The notes beneath the pieces are model-generated. The model made no database searches and was not told where the DNA came from. It saw only the letters and a program-made list of their open reading frames with translations. Source: Bacteroidota bacterium (GTDB lineage Bacteria; Bacteroidota; Bacteroidia; Bacteroidales; FEN-979). Taken from it: a stretch of DNA of 33,131 nucleotides. A program made the translations under genes and the position numbers. Where the stretch lies: positions 1 to 33,131 of the forward strand of contig JBAXFZ010000002.1 in the NCBI GenBank assembly GCA_037139685.1, read 5' to 3'. Positions 1 to 7,266 of the stretch are shown here, in pieces; positions within the stretch are counted from its first letter, which is position 1, and each line of letters starts with the position of its first letter.

Positions 1-59
1 AATCGAACCTGCATTTAAAGTTTAGGAAACTTCCGTTCTATCCATTGAACTACGGAGCC
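1..59 (-). tRNA. tRNA-Arg (anticodon CCT); 3' part cut off by the left window edge
   Basis: The reverse complement of 1-59 reads GGCTCCG-TA-GTTC-AATGGATA-GAAC-G-GAAGT-TTCCTAA-ACTTT-AAAT-GCAGG-TTCGATT. This gives a 7-nt acceptor strand, a perfect 4-bp D stem with GG in the loop, a 5-bp anticodon stem, the loop T-T-CCT-A-A, then a T stem and TTCGATT T-loop. The 3' T-stem and acceptor strand lie outside the window. Confidence 0.8.
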
Positions 60-140
60 GAAAATAATTACGGACTGACAATAACGAAGCAGAAACCGGA
101 TTACATCTCCTGCGGGTCATTTATCATGCTTTTCCGGCTG

Positions 141-148
141 CAAAGATA
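141..148 (-). promoter_or_regulatory. Candidate Bacteroidota -7 box (TATCTTTG on the minus strand) upstream of tRNA-Arg
   Basis: Plus-strand CAAAGATA is TATCTTTG (TAnnTTTG) on the minus strand. It lies about 80 nt upstream of the tRNA 5' end and just downstream of the terminator of the preceding gene. Confidence 0.3.
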
Positions 149-205
149 GATAAATTTTGAAAACCTGTGTAAAAACAGCAGGGTGCTGGCAGAATGCTAT
201 TTCGC

Positions 206-250
206 AAAAAAAAACAGCCGGACGGTATCTCCCGGCCCGGCTGTTTTATA
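206..250. terminator. Intrinsic terminator hairpin after the 265..999 gene
   Basis: CAGCCGG (215-221) pairs with CCGGCTG (237-243) across a 15-nt loop. An A9 run precedes it (a U-run for the minus-strand transcript) and TTTT follows it. Confidence 0.6.
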
Positions 251-264
251 GCATGAATGAAGTA

Positions 265-999
265 TTATTTCACGATACTTCTCAGCTCCGAGCTGTAATC
301 CTTTATAATGTCGTCCCACTCTGTTATCATCGACTGCCAGCTTCCTTCGCCAAAAAGCTTTTCATAGGCCGGCTTGGTCGTGTTATCTTTCGACCACTGG
401 TCGTAGTTGCTGAAATTCCATAAGATAGCCACATCGGCCGTGTTCGGGTCGTGAACCGGGTTGCTGAAGACAAGCATGCTGTTTTTTCCGACGGAGTCGT
501 AGGTTTTTTTAAGTTTTTCGATAAGAGACCTGAAACGGTAATAGCTGCCGGGCTTAAGTTTCACTCCCCAAACCTCGTAGCGGCTTGACTTCCTGAAATT
601 GTCCATCCCGTAGGAGAGTTCATCGCTGTAATCCCACAGGGTGGTAGAGCCGTACTGTTCAACCAGGGGATCCACATTGGCACTCCAGTCGGCATCGTGC
701 CCGCCATCCTTTGCAGGGCGGCTATCAATGGCGGCATAGCTTGTCGGTCCAAATATCCACAGGTACCAGCCCGATTTTTCTCCGTATTCAACCTTGTGAA
801 GTGCTGCCACATTTGGCCCTTCGGGATGGAACTTCAGGTCGTGCGCCCTGATGGCAGCTTCCATCTTATCATCCATTCCCCGCTTCGGTAGCAGGTACAT
901 GCTTTCCACGACAACAGCAGGCTTTTCTGCGGGGGTTTGTGCATAAACACCAGCCATGAAGGCAAGAGCTGCGAATGTCAGAATTATATTTTTTCTCAT
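265..999 (-). CDS. Secreted hypothetical protein (244 aa) with an N-terminal signal peptide
   Basis: ATG start, full-length ORF and a typical signal peptide (MRKNIILTFAALAFMAGVYAQ). A terminator follows and a -7-like box lies upstream. I recognise no family motif. Confidence 0.75.
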   Translation of the reverse strand: MRKNIILTFAALAFMAGVYAQTPAEKPAVVVESMYLLPKRGMDDKMEAAIRAHDLKFHPEGPNVAALHKVEYGEKSGWYLWIFGPTSYAAIDSRPAKDGGHDADWSANVDPLVEQYGSTTLWDYSDELSYGMDNFRKSSRYEVWGVKLKPGSYYRFRSLIEKLKKTYDSVGKNSMLVFSNPVHDPNTADVAILWNFSNYDQWSKDNTTKPAYEKLFGEGSWQSMITEWDDIIKDYSSELRSIVK

Positions 1000-1074
1000 T
1001 GATGTTGGTTTAAGTTATAAATGAAATATGACTCCATTAACCTGGCGCAATGAACCTTGGCTGGTTAATTGCAG

Positions 1075-1082
1075 CAAATATA
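1075..1082 (-). promoter_or_regulatory. Candidate -7 box (TATATTTG on the minus strand) for the 265..999 gene
   Basis: Plus-strand CAAATATA is TAnnTTTG on the minus strand, about 76 nt upstream of the ATG at 999. Confidence 0.35.
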
Positions 1083-1207
1083 ACTTATTATCGGACTAAA
1101 TCTAAATAATATTCAAAAGAAGTCAATGCCCGTGTAAAGCCGGAGGGGGAGAGAGGCTGGTCGGTTGCTGCAGATGGTAATGAAACTTCAGTGAAGACGA
1201 AGTTTAA

Positions 1208-1270
1208 GCAGATTCGAACCTGCATTTAAAGTTTAGGTAACCTCTGTTTTATGCATTTAACTGCGGGGCC
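1208..1270 (-). pseudogene. Degenerate tRNA-Arg(CCT) paralog (pseudo-tRNA lacking the 3' acceptor strand)
   Basis: The reverse complement reads GGCCCCG-CA-GTTA-AATGCATA-AAAC-A-GAGGT-TACCTAA-ACTTT-AAAT-GCAGG-TTCGAAT-CTGC. It is collinear with the tRNA at 1-59, and 24 nt are identical (3-26 versus 1214-1237). Four defects are visible: the D stem has an A/A mismatch, the D-loop GG is lost (GC instead), the 3' T-stem is one C short (CTGC instead of CCTGC), and no sequence complementary to GGCCCCG follows. Confidence 0.6.
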
Positions 1271-1356
1271 GCCAGGGGTGCAAGAAGCGACTGTTTTTAA
1301 TAATCTCAGCATGGGAAACCCGGCTGGCTGCAAGGATTGTCCGGCCCTGCCAGGAT

Positions 1357-1830
1357 TTATAACCGGGAAGTGATATGGAATATCATATCTCCAGCCATTT
1401 TTTGAAAAGCCCGGCATCCACTCAGGCAGGAGGACCAGGGATATTCCTCCGGGTGCATGCAAAACCGGTGATGCACAGGGTTCGTATGGATACAGAGGAG
1501 CACCTGTCTTAGGTTGGCCCGGTTGTGAATGTGTTTCCTGCGGAAATTCTTTTCAAAAAGGCTGCCCCTCCGGCTGTGTTTTTTATTGTAAGCCTTGGTA
1601 CAGGCGTTGAAGAGGTTTGAAAAGTACTTGTATGGAGGTTTTTGTTTCATCCCTTCAGGGATCTCAGAACCCGGAGTGGCTGAAATGACCGGGATATCCT
1701 TTATCCTTACAGGAAATGAAAATGATTTTTCATCAAAACCCACGCATTGGTATCGGCAATGGGTTCTATGTGTTTGATATATAAACCAAAGAAGTATTCT
1801 TAGTTGGTCTTCTCCCTGGAGATATCGCAC
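1357..1830 (-). pseudogene. Frameshifted remnant of a Y1/HUH (IS200-like, PF01797-type, RAYT-like) transposase
   Basis: The ORF carries the family C-terminal signature (RGSLFEKNFRRK...LLCIHTNPVHHRF...YPWSS). The HUH motif is only readable in the +1 frame: AWVLMKNHFHFL followed by a stop, with CAT TTT CAT at 1716-1724. The annotated frame reads KSFSFPVRIKD over the same bases, consistent with a 1-nt deletion between HFHFL and VRIK. The +1 frame is itself closed upstream by TAA. The expected catalytic Tyr of the YIHxNP motif is Cys (TGT, 1492-1494). The ORF 'start' is GTG, 4 nt from the metG stop. Confidence 0.7.
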
Positions 1831-1834
1831 CCGT

Positions 1835-3886
1835 TTATTTCACATCAGCCCCGTTTACCGCTCCTTCCGCGGGGGTTACGAAAAAGAGTGTTCCGTCGGG
1901 GTTCTCCGCCATCAGGATCATCCCCTGCGATTCGATCCCCTTCAGCTTGCGCGGGGCAAGGTTCACCAGGATGCAAACTTTCCGGCCGATGATATCTTCA
2001 GGGTTGAAAAATTTCGCGATTCCCGATACCACCGTACGCTGGTCGAGCCCCGTGTCGATCTTCAGTTTCAACAGTTTGTCGGTTTTGGCTACCTTCTCCG
2101 CCTCCAGGATGGTACCCGTGCGGATGTCCATTTTAGAGAAATCCTCGAACCCGATAGCCTCTTTGCCGGGTTTCACGGGGGCTTTGGCCAGTATGGCTTC
2201 GTTGGCTTCGCGCGTTTTCAGCAACTTCTGAACCTGGGCCTCGATGGCGGCATCATCGATTTTTTCAAAGAGCAGTTCAGGCTGGTTGATCGGGTGTCCC
2301 GCCGGGAGCCAGTTCAGCAGGGCGGCATCCTCCCATTTAAATGAACCAAGGTTAAGGGTATGCCTGATCTTCGCTGCCGAAAAGGGAAGAAACGGCTCTG
2401 CAACGATCGAGAGCTGGGCACAGATCTGCAGGGATAGGTTCAGAACCGTAGCCACTCTTACAGGATCGGAAGGGAAAACCTTCCAGGGCTCGTTTTCGGT
2501 AAGGTATTTATTGCCCAGCCTGGCGAGGTTCATCATCTCGGCCAGGGCTTCACGAAAACGGTAATTCCCTATGCTGGCCGCAATCCGGCCGGGAAACTGC
2601 CCCATCTCATCCAGTGTTGCCTGATCGTTTGTGTTGTACCCGGCAACTTCGGGAACCCTTCCCTCAAAATATTTGTGTGTAAGGACGATGGTACGGTTTA
2701 CGAAATTCCCTATGATCGCAACGAGTTCACTGTTGTTCCTTGTCTGGAAATCCTTCCAGGTAAAGTCATTGTCCTTGGTTTCAGGGGCGGCCGAAGTGAG
2801 CACGTAGCGCAGCACATCCTGTTTTCCCGGGAAATCTTCGAGATACTCATGCAACCATACCGCCCAGTTGCGGGAGGTGGAGATTTTTTCCCCTTCGAGA
2901 TTCAGGAATTCGTTGGCGGGAACGTTTTCGGGAAGGATGTATGTTCCTTCAGCCTTCAGCATGACCGGGAAGATGATGCAGTGGAACACGATGTTGTCTT
3001 TGCCTATGAAATGAACCAGCTTGGTTTCAGGGTCCTTCCAGTATTTTTCCCACTCCGGGGTCAGCTCCCGGGTAGCGGAGATATAGCCGATAGGTGCATC
3101 AAACCACACATAGAGCACCTTCCCTTCGGCACCCTCCACAGGGACCTTCACGCCCCAGTCGAGGTCGCGGGTAACGGCACGGGGCTGCAGTCCCTGGTCG
3201 ATCCATGATTTACACTGCCCGTAAACATTGATTTTCCAGTCATCCTTATGTCCTTCGAGAATCCATTCCCTGAGCCAGGGTTCATACTGGTCAAGAGGGA
3301 GAAACCAGTGGCGTGTTTCGCGAAGTACGGGCTGGTTTCCGCTCAGCACCGATTTTGGTTCTATCAGGTCGGTTGCATTCAGGGTGGTACCGCACTTTTC
3401 GCACTGGTCCCCGTAAGCCTTCTCAAATCCGCAATGCGGGCAGGTGCCGGTAATGTAGCGGTCGGCAAGGAACTGGCCGGTGGCTTCATCGTAATACTGT
3501 TCGGAGACCTTCTCGATAAATTGTCCCGCCTCGTACATTTTGCGGAAGAAGGCGGATGCAGTTTCGTGATGAACTTTGTTTGAAGTGCGGGAATAGATAT
3601 CAAAGGAGATGCCAAAGTCCTCGAACGATTTCTTTATTATTCCGTGGTAACGGTCAACAATATCCTGGGGAGAAACACCCTGCTGCAGCGCCTTTATGGT
3701 TATGGGTACCCCGTGTTCGTCGGATCCCCCGATAAAGATTACATCTTCGTCATTCATCCGCAGGAACCGGACATAAATGTCGGCCGGCACATAAACACCG
3801 GCAAGGTGCCCGATATGGATGGGCCCGTTGGCATAGGGCAGGGCCGAGGTAACGGTATATCGCTTATAAACAGGTTTTTCGTTCAT
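1835..3886 (-). CDS. metG: Methionine--tRNA ligase with a C-terminal tRNA-binding (Trbp111/EMAP-like) domain
   Basis: The sequence shows the HIGH-class motif (PIHIGHL), a KMSKS-class motif (KISTSRN), a Zn knuckle (CPHCG...CEKCG) and the C-terminal tRNA-binding domain (...[12 protein letters not shown]...). The start is set at the ATG ([21 protein letters not shown]) rather than the upstream TTG at 3925. Confidence 0.95.
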   Translation of the reverse strand: MNEKPVYKRYTVTSALPYANGPIHIGHLAGVYVPADIYVRFLRMNDEDVIFIGGSDEHGVPITIKALQQGVSPQDIVDRYHGIIKKSFEDFGISFDIYSRTSNKVHHETASAFFRKMYEAGQFIEKVSEQYYDEATGQFLADRYITGTCPHCGFEKAYGDQCEKCGTTLNATDLIEPKSVLSGNQPVLRETRHWFLPLDQYEPWLREWILEGHKDDWKINVYGQCKSWIDQGLQPRAVTRDLDWGVKVPVEGAEGKVLYVWFDAPIGYISATRELTPEWEKYWKDPETKLVHFIGKDNIVFHCIIFPVMLKAEGTYILPENVPANEFLNLEGEKISTSRNWAVWLHEYLEDFPGKQDVLRYVLTSAAPETKDNDFTWKDFQTRNNSELVAIIGNFVNRTIVLTHKYFEGRVPEVAGYNTNDQATLDEMGQFPGRIAASIGNYRFREALAEMMNLARLGNKYLTENEPWKVFPSDPVRVATVLNLSLQICAQLSIVAEPFLPFSAAKIRHTLNLGSFKWEDAALLNWLPAGHPINQPELLFEKIDDAAIEAQVQKLLKTREANEAILAKAPVKPGKEAIGFEDFSKMDIRTGTILEAEKVAKTDKLLKLKIDTGLDQRTVVSGIAKFFNPEDIIGRKVCILVNLAPRKLKGIESQGMILMAENPDGTLFFVTPAEGAVNGADVK

Positions 3887-3922
3887 GGAATGAGTCTCTG
3901 GCAATTGACTGAAAAGGAGGCG

Positions 3923-3930
3923 CAAAGATA
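3923..3930 (-). promoter_or_regulatory. Candidate -7 box (TATCTTTG on the minus strand) for metG
   Basis: Plus-strand CAAAGATA is TAnnTTTG on the minus strand, 36 nt upstream of the ATG at 3886. Confidence 0.4.
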
Positions 3931-4031
3931 TGAAATATCCATAGGAATATTAATGGCACTCCTAAGGTAAAATAGCATACCTTGTCACAACAGGTTTGAT
4001 CAGATTTTAATCAGCAGGAAGGCCCCCCTCC

Positions 4032-4991
4032 ATGGTACCCTGGCAACAGGAGGATTGTATGAACAGCATAATGGCGGAAATGATGGAATCAATGCCGGGC
4101 GACCGGGGACAGGTGAATTTGCAGGAGATTACTGTAAAATCGGCGCTGCACTACCACACGAGCGAAATGCCCTGCAACTGGGATGTGAATGTTTACCGCG
4201 GGTGCGGTCACGGCTGCAGGTACTGCTTTGCGCAATACTCGCACGACTACCTCGGCGGCGGGAACTTCTTCAGGGAGGTCTATGCCAAGGTCAATGTAGC
4301 TGCAATCCTTGACAGGGAGCTGAGCCGCAGGAGGTGGAGGCATGCACGCATCAACCTCTCCGGTGTAACCGATGCCTACCAGCCTGCTGAAGCCGAAATG
4401 AAGATCATGCCGGATATTTGGAGGGTACTCATCCGGCACAAAAACCCCGTTGTGATTACCACAAAATCCTCCCTGATCCTGCGTGACCTCCACCTGCTGA
4501 GGGAGCTGGCTGGGCTCACCTCCGTGTATGTCGGGGCCAGCATTACCATGATGGACGAGGAGTTGCGAAAAGTGGTCGAACCAGGAGCAGCCCCCGCCGA
4601 AGAGCGCTTCACAGTTCTCGAGCGTTGCAGGGAGGCCGGATGCATGGCCAATGTGATGCTCACACCCGTACTCCCCCTCATCAACGACAACAGGGAGAAC
4701 CTTGAGGGTATCTTCCGGCGTGCAAGCCAGGCAAAGGTGGCCGGACTTTCGGCATGGCCCCTGAACCTGCGCGGCAGCACAAAACAAAAATTCCTTTGCT
4801 TTCTTGACGCCACCTTTCCCCACCTGGTCGCACCCTACCGCGACCTCTACCAGGGGCCGGAGGTAAGCCGGCCCTATTGGGACAGGCTCAGGATGCTAAA
4901 GGCGGAACTGCAGAAGGAATACGGCATCCCGGAAATACAAATAGTAGAGCCGGGAAATGCGGAAAAGTTTGTACAGCTCTCTTTGTTATGA
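4032..4991 (+). CDS. Radical SAM protein, COG1533 (SplB / 'DNA repair photolyase'-like) type
   Basis: The CxxxCxxC cluster sits in the typical context VNVYRGCGHGCRYCFAQY, and length and layout fit this family. The exact start is uncertain (ATGs at 4032, 4059 and 4071). Confidence 0.8.
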   Translation: MVPWQQEDCMNSIMAEMMESMPGDRGQVNLQEITVKSALHYHTSEMPCNWDVNVYRGCGHGCRYCFAQYSHDYLGGGNFFREVYAKVNVAAILDRELSRRRWRHARINLSGVTDAYQPAEAEMKIMPDIWRVLIRHKNPVVITTKSSLILRDLHLLRELAGLTSVYVGASITMMDEELRKVVEPGAAPAEERFTVLERCREAGCMANVMLTPVLPLINDNRENLEGIFRRASQAKVAGLSAWPLNLRGSTKQKFLCFLDATFPHLVAPYRDLYQGPEVSRPYWDRLRMLKAELQKEYGIPEIQIVEPGNAEKFVQLSLL

Positions 4992-5003
4992 CCCGACGAG
5001 TTT

Positions 5004-5073
5004 TTTGTTTTTGCATTTTACATTTTGCATTTTGCATTTTGCATTTTGCATTTTGCATTTTTATTTTTGCCCT
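5004..5073. repeat. Tandem heptamer array (TTGCATT)n: about 10 units, 6 perfect
   Basis: Units read TTTGTTT, TTGCATT, TTACATT, TTGCATT x5 (5025-5059), TTTATTT, TTGCCCT. The array lies between the radical SAM stop (4991) and the -7 box of the next gene. Confidence 0.9.
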
Positions 5074-5081
5074 TTTAACCG

Positions 5082-5089
5082 TACTTTTG
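5082..5089 (+). promoter_or_regulatory. -7 box TACTTTTG, 4 nt upstream of the ATG at 5094
   Basis: Exact TAnnTTTG match immediately after the heptamer array. The spacing implies a leaderless or near-leaderless transcript. Confidence 0.45.
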
Positions 5090-5093
5090 ATCC

Positions 5094-5996
5094 ATGATCC
5101 ACCCTCCCTACCTGGTTAAAGGCGACAAAATAGGTATTGTATCCCCCGCCCGGAGCATTACATTCGATGAAATACACCCGGCCATCAGGTTTTTTCAAAA
5201 GCACGACCTGGAGGTGGTGCTCGGAACCCATGTGTTCAGCAAACATAACCAGTTCGCCGGCACCGACGCCCAACGGTGCAGGGATATGCAGCAAATGCTC
5301 GATGATGAAAGCATCCGTGCTGTCATCTGTTCACGTGGCGGTTACGGGACCACCCGCATTATCGACGGTCTTGATTTCACAAAATTTCACCAGTATCCCA
5401 AATGGATCGTGGGATACAGCGACATCACCGTGCTCCATGCCCATATCCACAGGAAGCTGGGGATCGAAACCCTGCATGCAACCATGCCCGTCAACATCAG
5501 GAGTGAAAAGAGCGATGAAACCCTGCAAACGATGATGAACGCCCTTTGCGGCATCCCGATCGCCTACTCTTATCCAAAACCCCCGTTGTCGCGCGAGGGC
5601 AGTGCCGAAGGACTGCTGGTCGGGGGGAACCTGTCAATCCTGCATAACCTGGAAGGAACAGCTTCTGAACTGGATACAAACGGGAAAATTCTCTTCCTCG
5701 AGGACATTGAAGAATATCTTTACCACATCGACCGGATGATGGTAAACCTGAACCGTGCCGGGAAACTTGCCGGTCTGAAGGGTTTGATCGTGGGAGGAAT
5801 GACGAAGATGAACGACAATGCAGTCCCTTTCGGGAAGAGCGCCGTTGAAATCATTGCCGACGCGGTTAAAGATTACCGGTTCCCTGTCTGCACGGGCTTC
5901 CCCGCCGGCCACCTCGATACCAACCTTGCACTTATCATGGGGCGCCATGTTCGCCTCAGGGTGGGCAAAGAGGTTGAACTTGAGTTCCTTCCCTGA
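5094..5996 (+). CDS. ldcA: LD-carboxypeptidase (peptidase S66, muramoyltetrapeptide carboxypeptidase-like)
   Basis: GDKIGIVSPA at the N-terminus, the nucleophile motif GYSDITVLH, a C-terminal FPAGH-type motif, and a length of 300 aa. Confidence 0.88.
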   Translation: MIHPPYLVKGDKIGIVSPARSITFDEIHPAIRFFQKHDLEVVLGTHVFSKHNQFAGTDAQRCRDMQQMLDDESIRAVICSRGGYGTTRIIDGLDFTKFHQYPKWIVGYSDITVLHAHIHRKLGIETLHATMPVNIRSEKSDETLQTMMNALCGIPIAYSYPKPPLSREGSAEGLLVGGNLSILHNLEGTASELDTNGKILFLEDIEEYLYHIDRMMVNLNRAGKLAGLKGLIVGGMTKMNDNAVPFGKSAVEIIADAVKDYRFPVCTGFPAGHLDTNLALIMGRHVRLRVGKEVELEFLP

Positions 5997-6128
5997 GTTT
6001 TCAATTGTAAGTCCCCTTACTTCTTTACCCATAAGGTTGCCGGAGAATTTTTTTTCCTCCTGGTGTATTACCTTTTGGGTGCAAAACCGATTAAGCAGAA
6101 ACTATTCCAGGTAAATTACCCCGGACAG

Positions 6129-6491
6129 ATGAAAAATCGTATCGAACTGGGAAGGAAAGGTGAAGATCTGGCAGTGGCCCTCCTCGAAGGGAAGGGATAC
6201 CGCATCCTTGAAAGGAACTGGCGCTGGGGCAAGGAGGAGATTGATGTCATTGCCATTGACGGGCCGTTCCTTGTTGTCGTAGAGGTAAAAACCCGCACCT
6301 CGGAGGCATATGCCGAAGCCGAAGTTGCCGTAACTAAACATAAGCAACGCATCCTGGTCAGGGCCGCGAATGCCTATGCCCGCTATCGCCGTCACCCCGG
6401 GGAGGTCCGGTTTGATGTTGTTACCCTCATTGTCAGGCCTGAAGGGGAGGAGATCAGCCACATTGCCGATGCCTTTTATGCAACTTTATAG
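6129..6491 (+). CDS. yraN: YraN-family (UPF0102) endonuclease-like protein
   Basis: GRKGEDLAVALLEGKGYRILERNWRW..EIDVIA....LVVVEVKTR is the characteristic YraN core. The start is set at the ATG at 6129 (MKNRIELG) rather than the upstream alternative start. Confidence 0.85.
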   Translation: MKNRIELGRKGEDLAVALLEGKGYRILERNWRWGKEEIDVIAIDGPFLVVVEVKTRTSEAYAEAEVAVTKHKQRILVRAANAYARYRRHPGEVRFDVVTLIVRPEGEEISHIADAFYATL

Positions 6492-6524
6492 CTGTTTTGC
6501 AGTTCGGGAATACCCGGCATCCTG

Positions 6525-7157
6525 CTACTTTCTCCCGAAATCGGCGGGGATTTCTCCCCAGTATTCGGTTTCCCACTTTAAGATTTTATTCGGCCACTGG
6601 TTCTCCTTCAGCCAGGTGAGTGCGCGGTTGACCAGGTCGAAGAGTTTGGCGTTTTTGGGAGAGACCGCCAGGTTGGTGTTAATGGCCTTTTTCCTTACCC
6701 AGGCAATGGCAGTCCGGGAGTCGGAATAGACCGGCCAGTCAATGTCGCGTTGCTTCAGAAAGGCCAGGGCGTGAACGATGCCCAGGAACTCGCCCAGGTT
6801 TACGGTTCCCTGCGGAAAAGGCCCCATATGAAAGAGCTGTGCTCCCGATTTCGTGTCCACACCCCGGTATTCCAGGATTCCCGGGTTTCCCGCGCAGGCG
6901 GCATCCACGCATATGCTGTCGGCAATGGGGATGCCTATCATGGGGTTGGAGCAGACAATCTTCTTTGCCCCTGCCGGGCTCTTCGTCATGTGTCTCCTCG
7001 GATCGTCATTCAGGGCGCTCTTTGCAAGGTCCAATGTCAGAAAACCTTTGAATTTGGCACCTTCAAAACCATCGACCTGCTTTTTGCAATCGGCCCACTT
7101 TTCGTAAATGCCAGGCCTTTTGCCCTGCCAGACGACGTAGTATTTGTTTTTTGGCAT
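6525..7157 (-). CDS. rnhA: Ribonuclease H with an N-terminal RNase H1/viroplasmin-type hybrid-binding domain
   Basis: The N-terminus KYYVVWQGKRPGIYEKWADCKKQVDGFEGAKFKGF is the hybrid-binding (Cauli_VI-type) domain. Candidate catalytic residues lie in VDAAC, GEFLG and YSDS. The start is set at the ATG at 7157; the upstream 32 codons (HCLHCLHCLH...) are translated nonamer repeat. Confidence 0.85.
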   Translation of the reverse strand: MPKNKYYVVWQGKRPGIYEKWADCKKQVDGFEGAKFKGFLTLDLAKSALNDDPRRHMTKSPAGAKKIVCSNPMIGIPIADSICVDAACAGNPGILEYRGVDTKSGAQLFHMGPFPQGTVNLGEFLGIVHALAFLKQRDIDWPVYSDSRTAIAWVRKKAINTNLAVSPKNAKLFDLVNRALTWLKENQWPNKILKWETEYWGEIPADFGRK

Positions 7158-7161
7158 GGGG

Positions 7162-7169
7162 CAAAAGTA
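7162..7169 (-). promoter_or_regulatory. -7 box TACTTTTG (minus strand), 4 nt upstream of the rnhA ATG
   Basis: Plus-strand CAAAAGTA is TAnnTTTG on the minus strand. It is directly preceded (in the minus-strand sense) by the nonamer array. Confidence 0.45.
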
Positions 7170-7176
7170 AGAAAAA

Positions 7177-7248
7177 TGCAAACAATGCAGGCAATGCAAA
7201 CAATGCAAACAATGCAGGCAATGCGGGTAATGCAAACAATGTAAAAAA
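7177..7248. repeat. Tandem nonamer array (TGCARRCAA)n, 8 units; TTGYYTGCA on the minus strand
   Basis: Units read TGCAAACAA, TGCAGGCAA, TGCAAACAA, TGCAAACAA, TGCAGGCAA, TGCGGGTAA, TGCAAACAA, TGTAAAAAA. The array fills the divergent intergenic region between rnhA and the flippase gene. Confidence 0.9.
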
Positions 7249-7253
7249 ACCAA

Positions 7254-7261
7254 TATCTTTG
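7254..7261 (+). promoter_or_regulatory. -7 box TATCTTTG, 5 nt upstream of the ATG at 7267
   Basis: Exact TAnnTTTG match, on the opposite flank of the nonamer array from the rnhA box. Confidence 0.45.
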
Positions 7262-7266
7262 CTTCA

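Noticed and set aside
1183-1205. Hairpin AAACTTC/GAAGTTT immediately 3' of the pseudo-tRNA as a functional tRNA terminator
   Set aside because: It is a short 7-bp stem without a U-tract, next to a tRNA copy that appears non-functional. Evidence is insufficient to annotate it.
1-1272. Integrative element (genomic island) inserted in tRNA-Arg with att direct repeats
   Set aside because: There is no integrase or excisionase. The duplicated portion is the 5' and central part of the tRNA plus its upstream flank, not the 3' end that tRNA-targeting integrases duplicate. The bracketed segment is only 1.1 kb with one gene. I kept it as a duplication or decay scar instead.
4089-4823. Long antisense ORFs inside well-supported genes (for example 4089-4823, 2675-3208, 8035-8574, 21915-22583, 26834-27430, 27758-28411, 29180-29797)
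   Set aside because: Each lies entirely within, and opposite to, a gene with clear family motifs. Their translations are low-complexity (Arg/Pro/Gly-rich) with no motifs, signal peptides or promoter boxes. These are typical shadow ORFs of moderately GC-rich coding DNA.
5004-7248. CRISPR array interpretation of the tandem repeats
   Set aside because: The units are 7-9 bp with no spacers, far below CRISPR repeat length. No cas genes are present.
7158-7253. HCLHCLHCLH... N-terminal extension of the RNase H ORF, and the CILHFAFCILHFAF ORF at 4877-5119
   Set aside because: Both are simply translations of the 9-bp and 7-bp tandem repeats. Real starts with adjacent -7 boxes exist downstream (7157) or on the neighbouring gene (5094).
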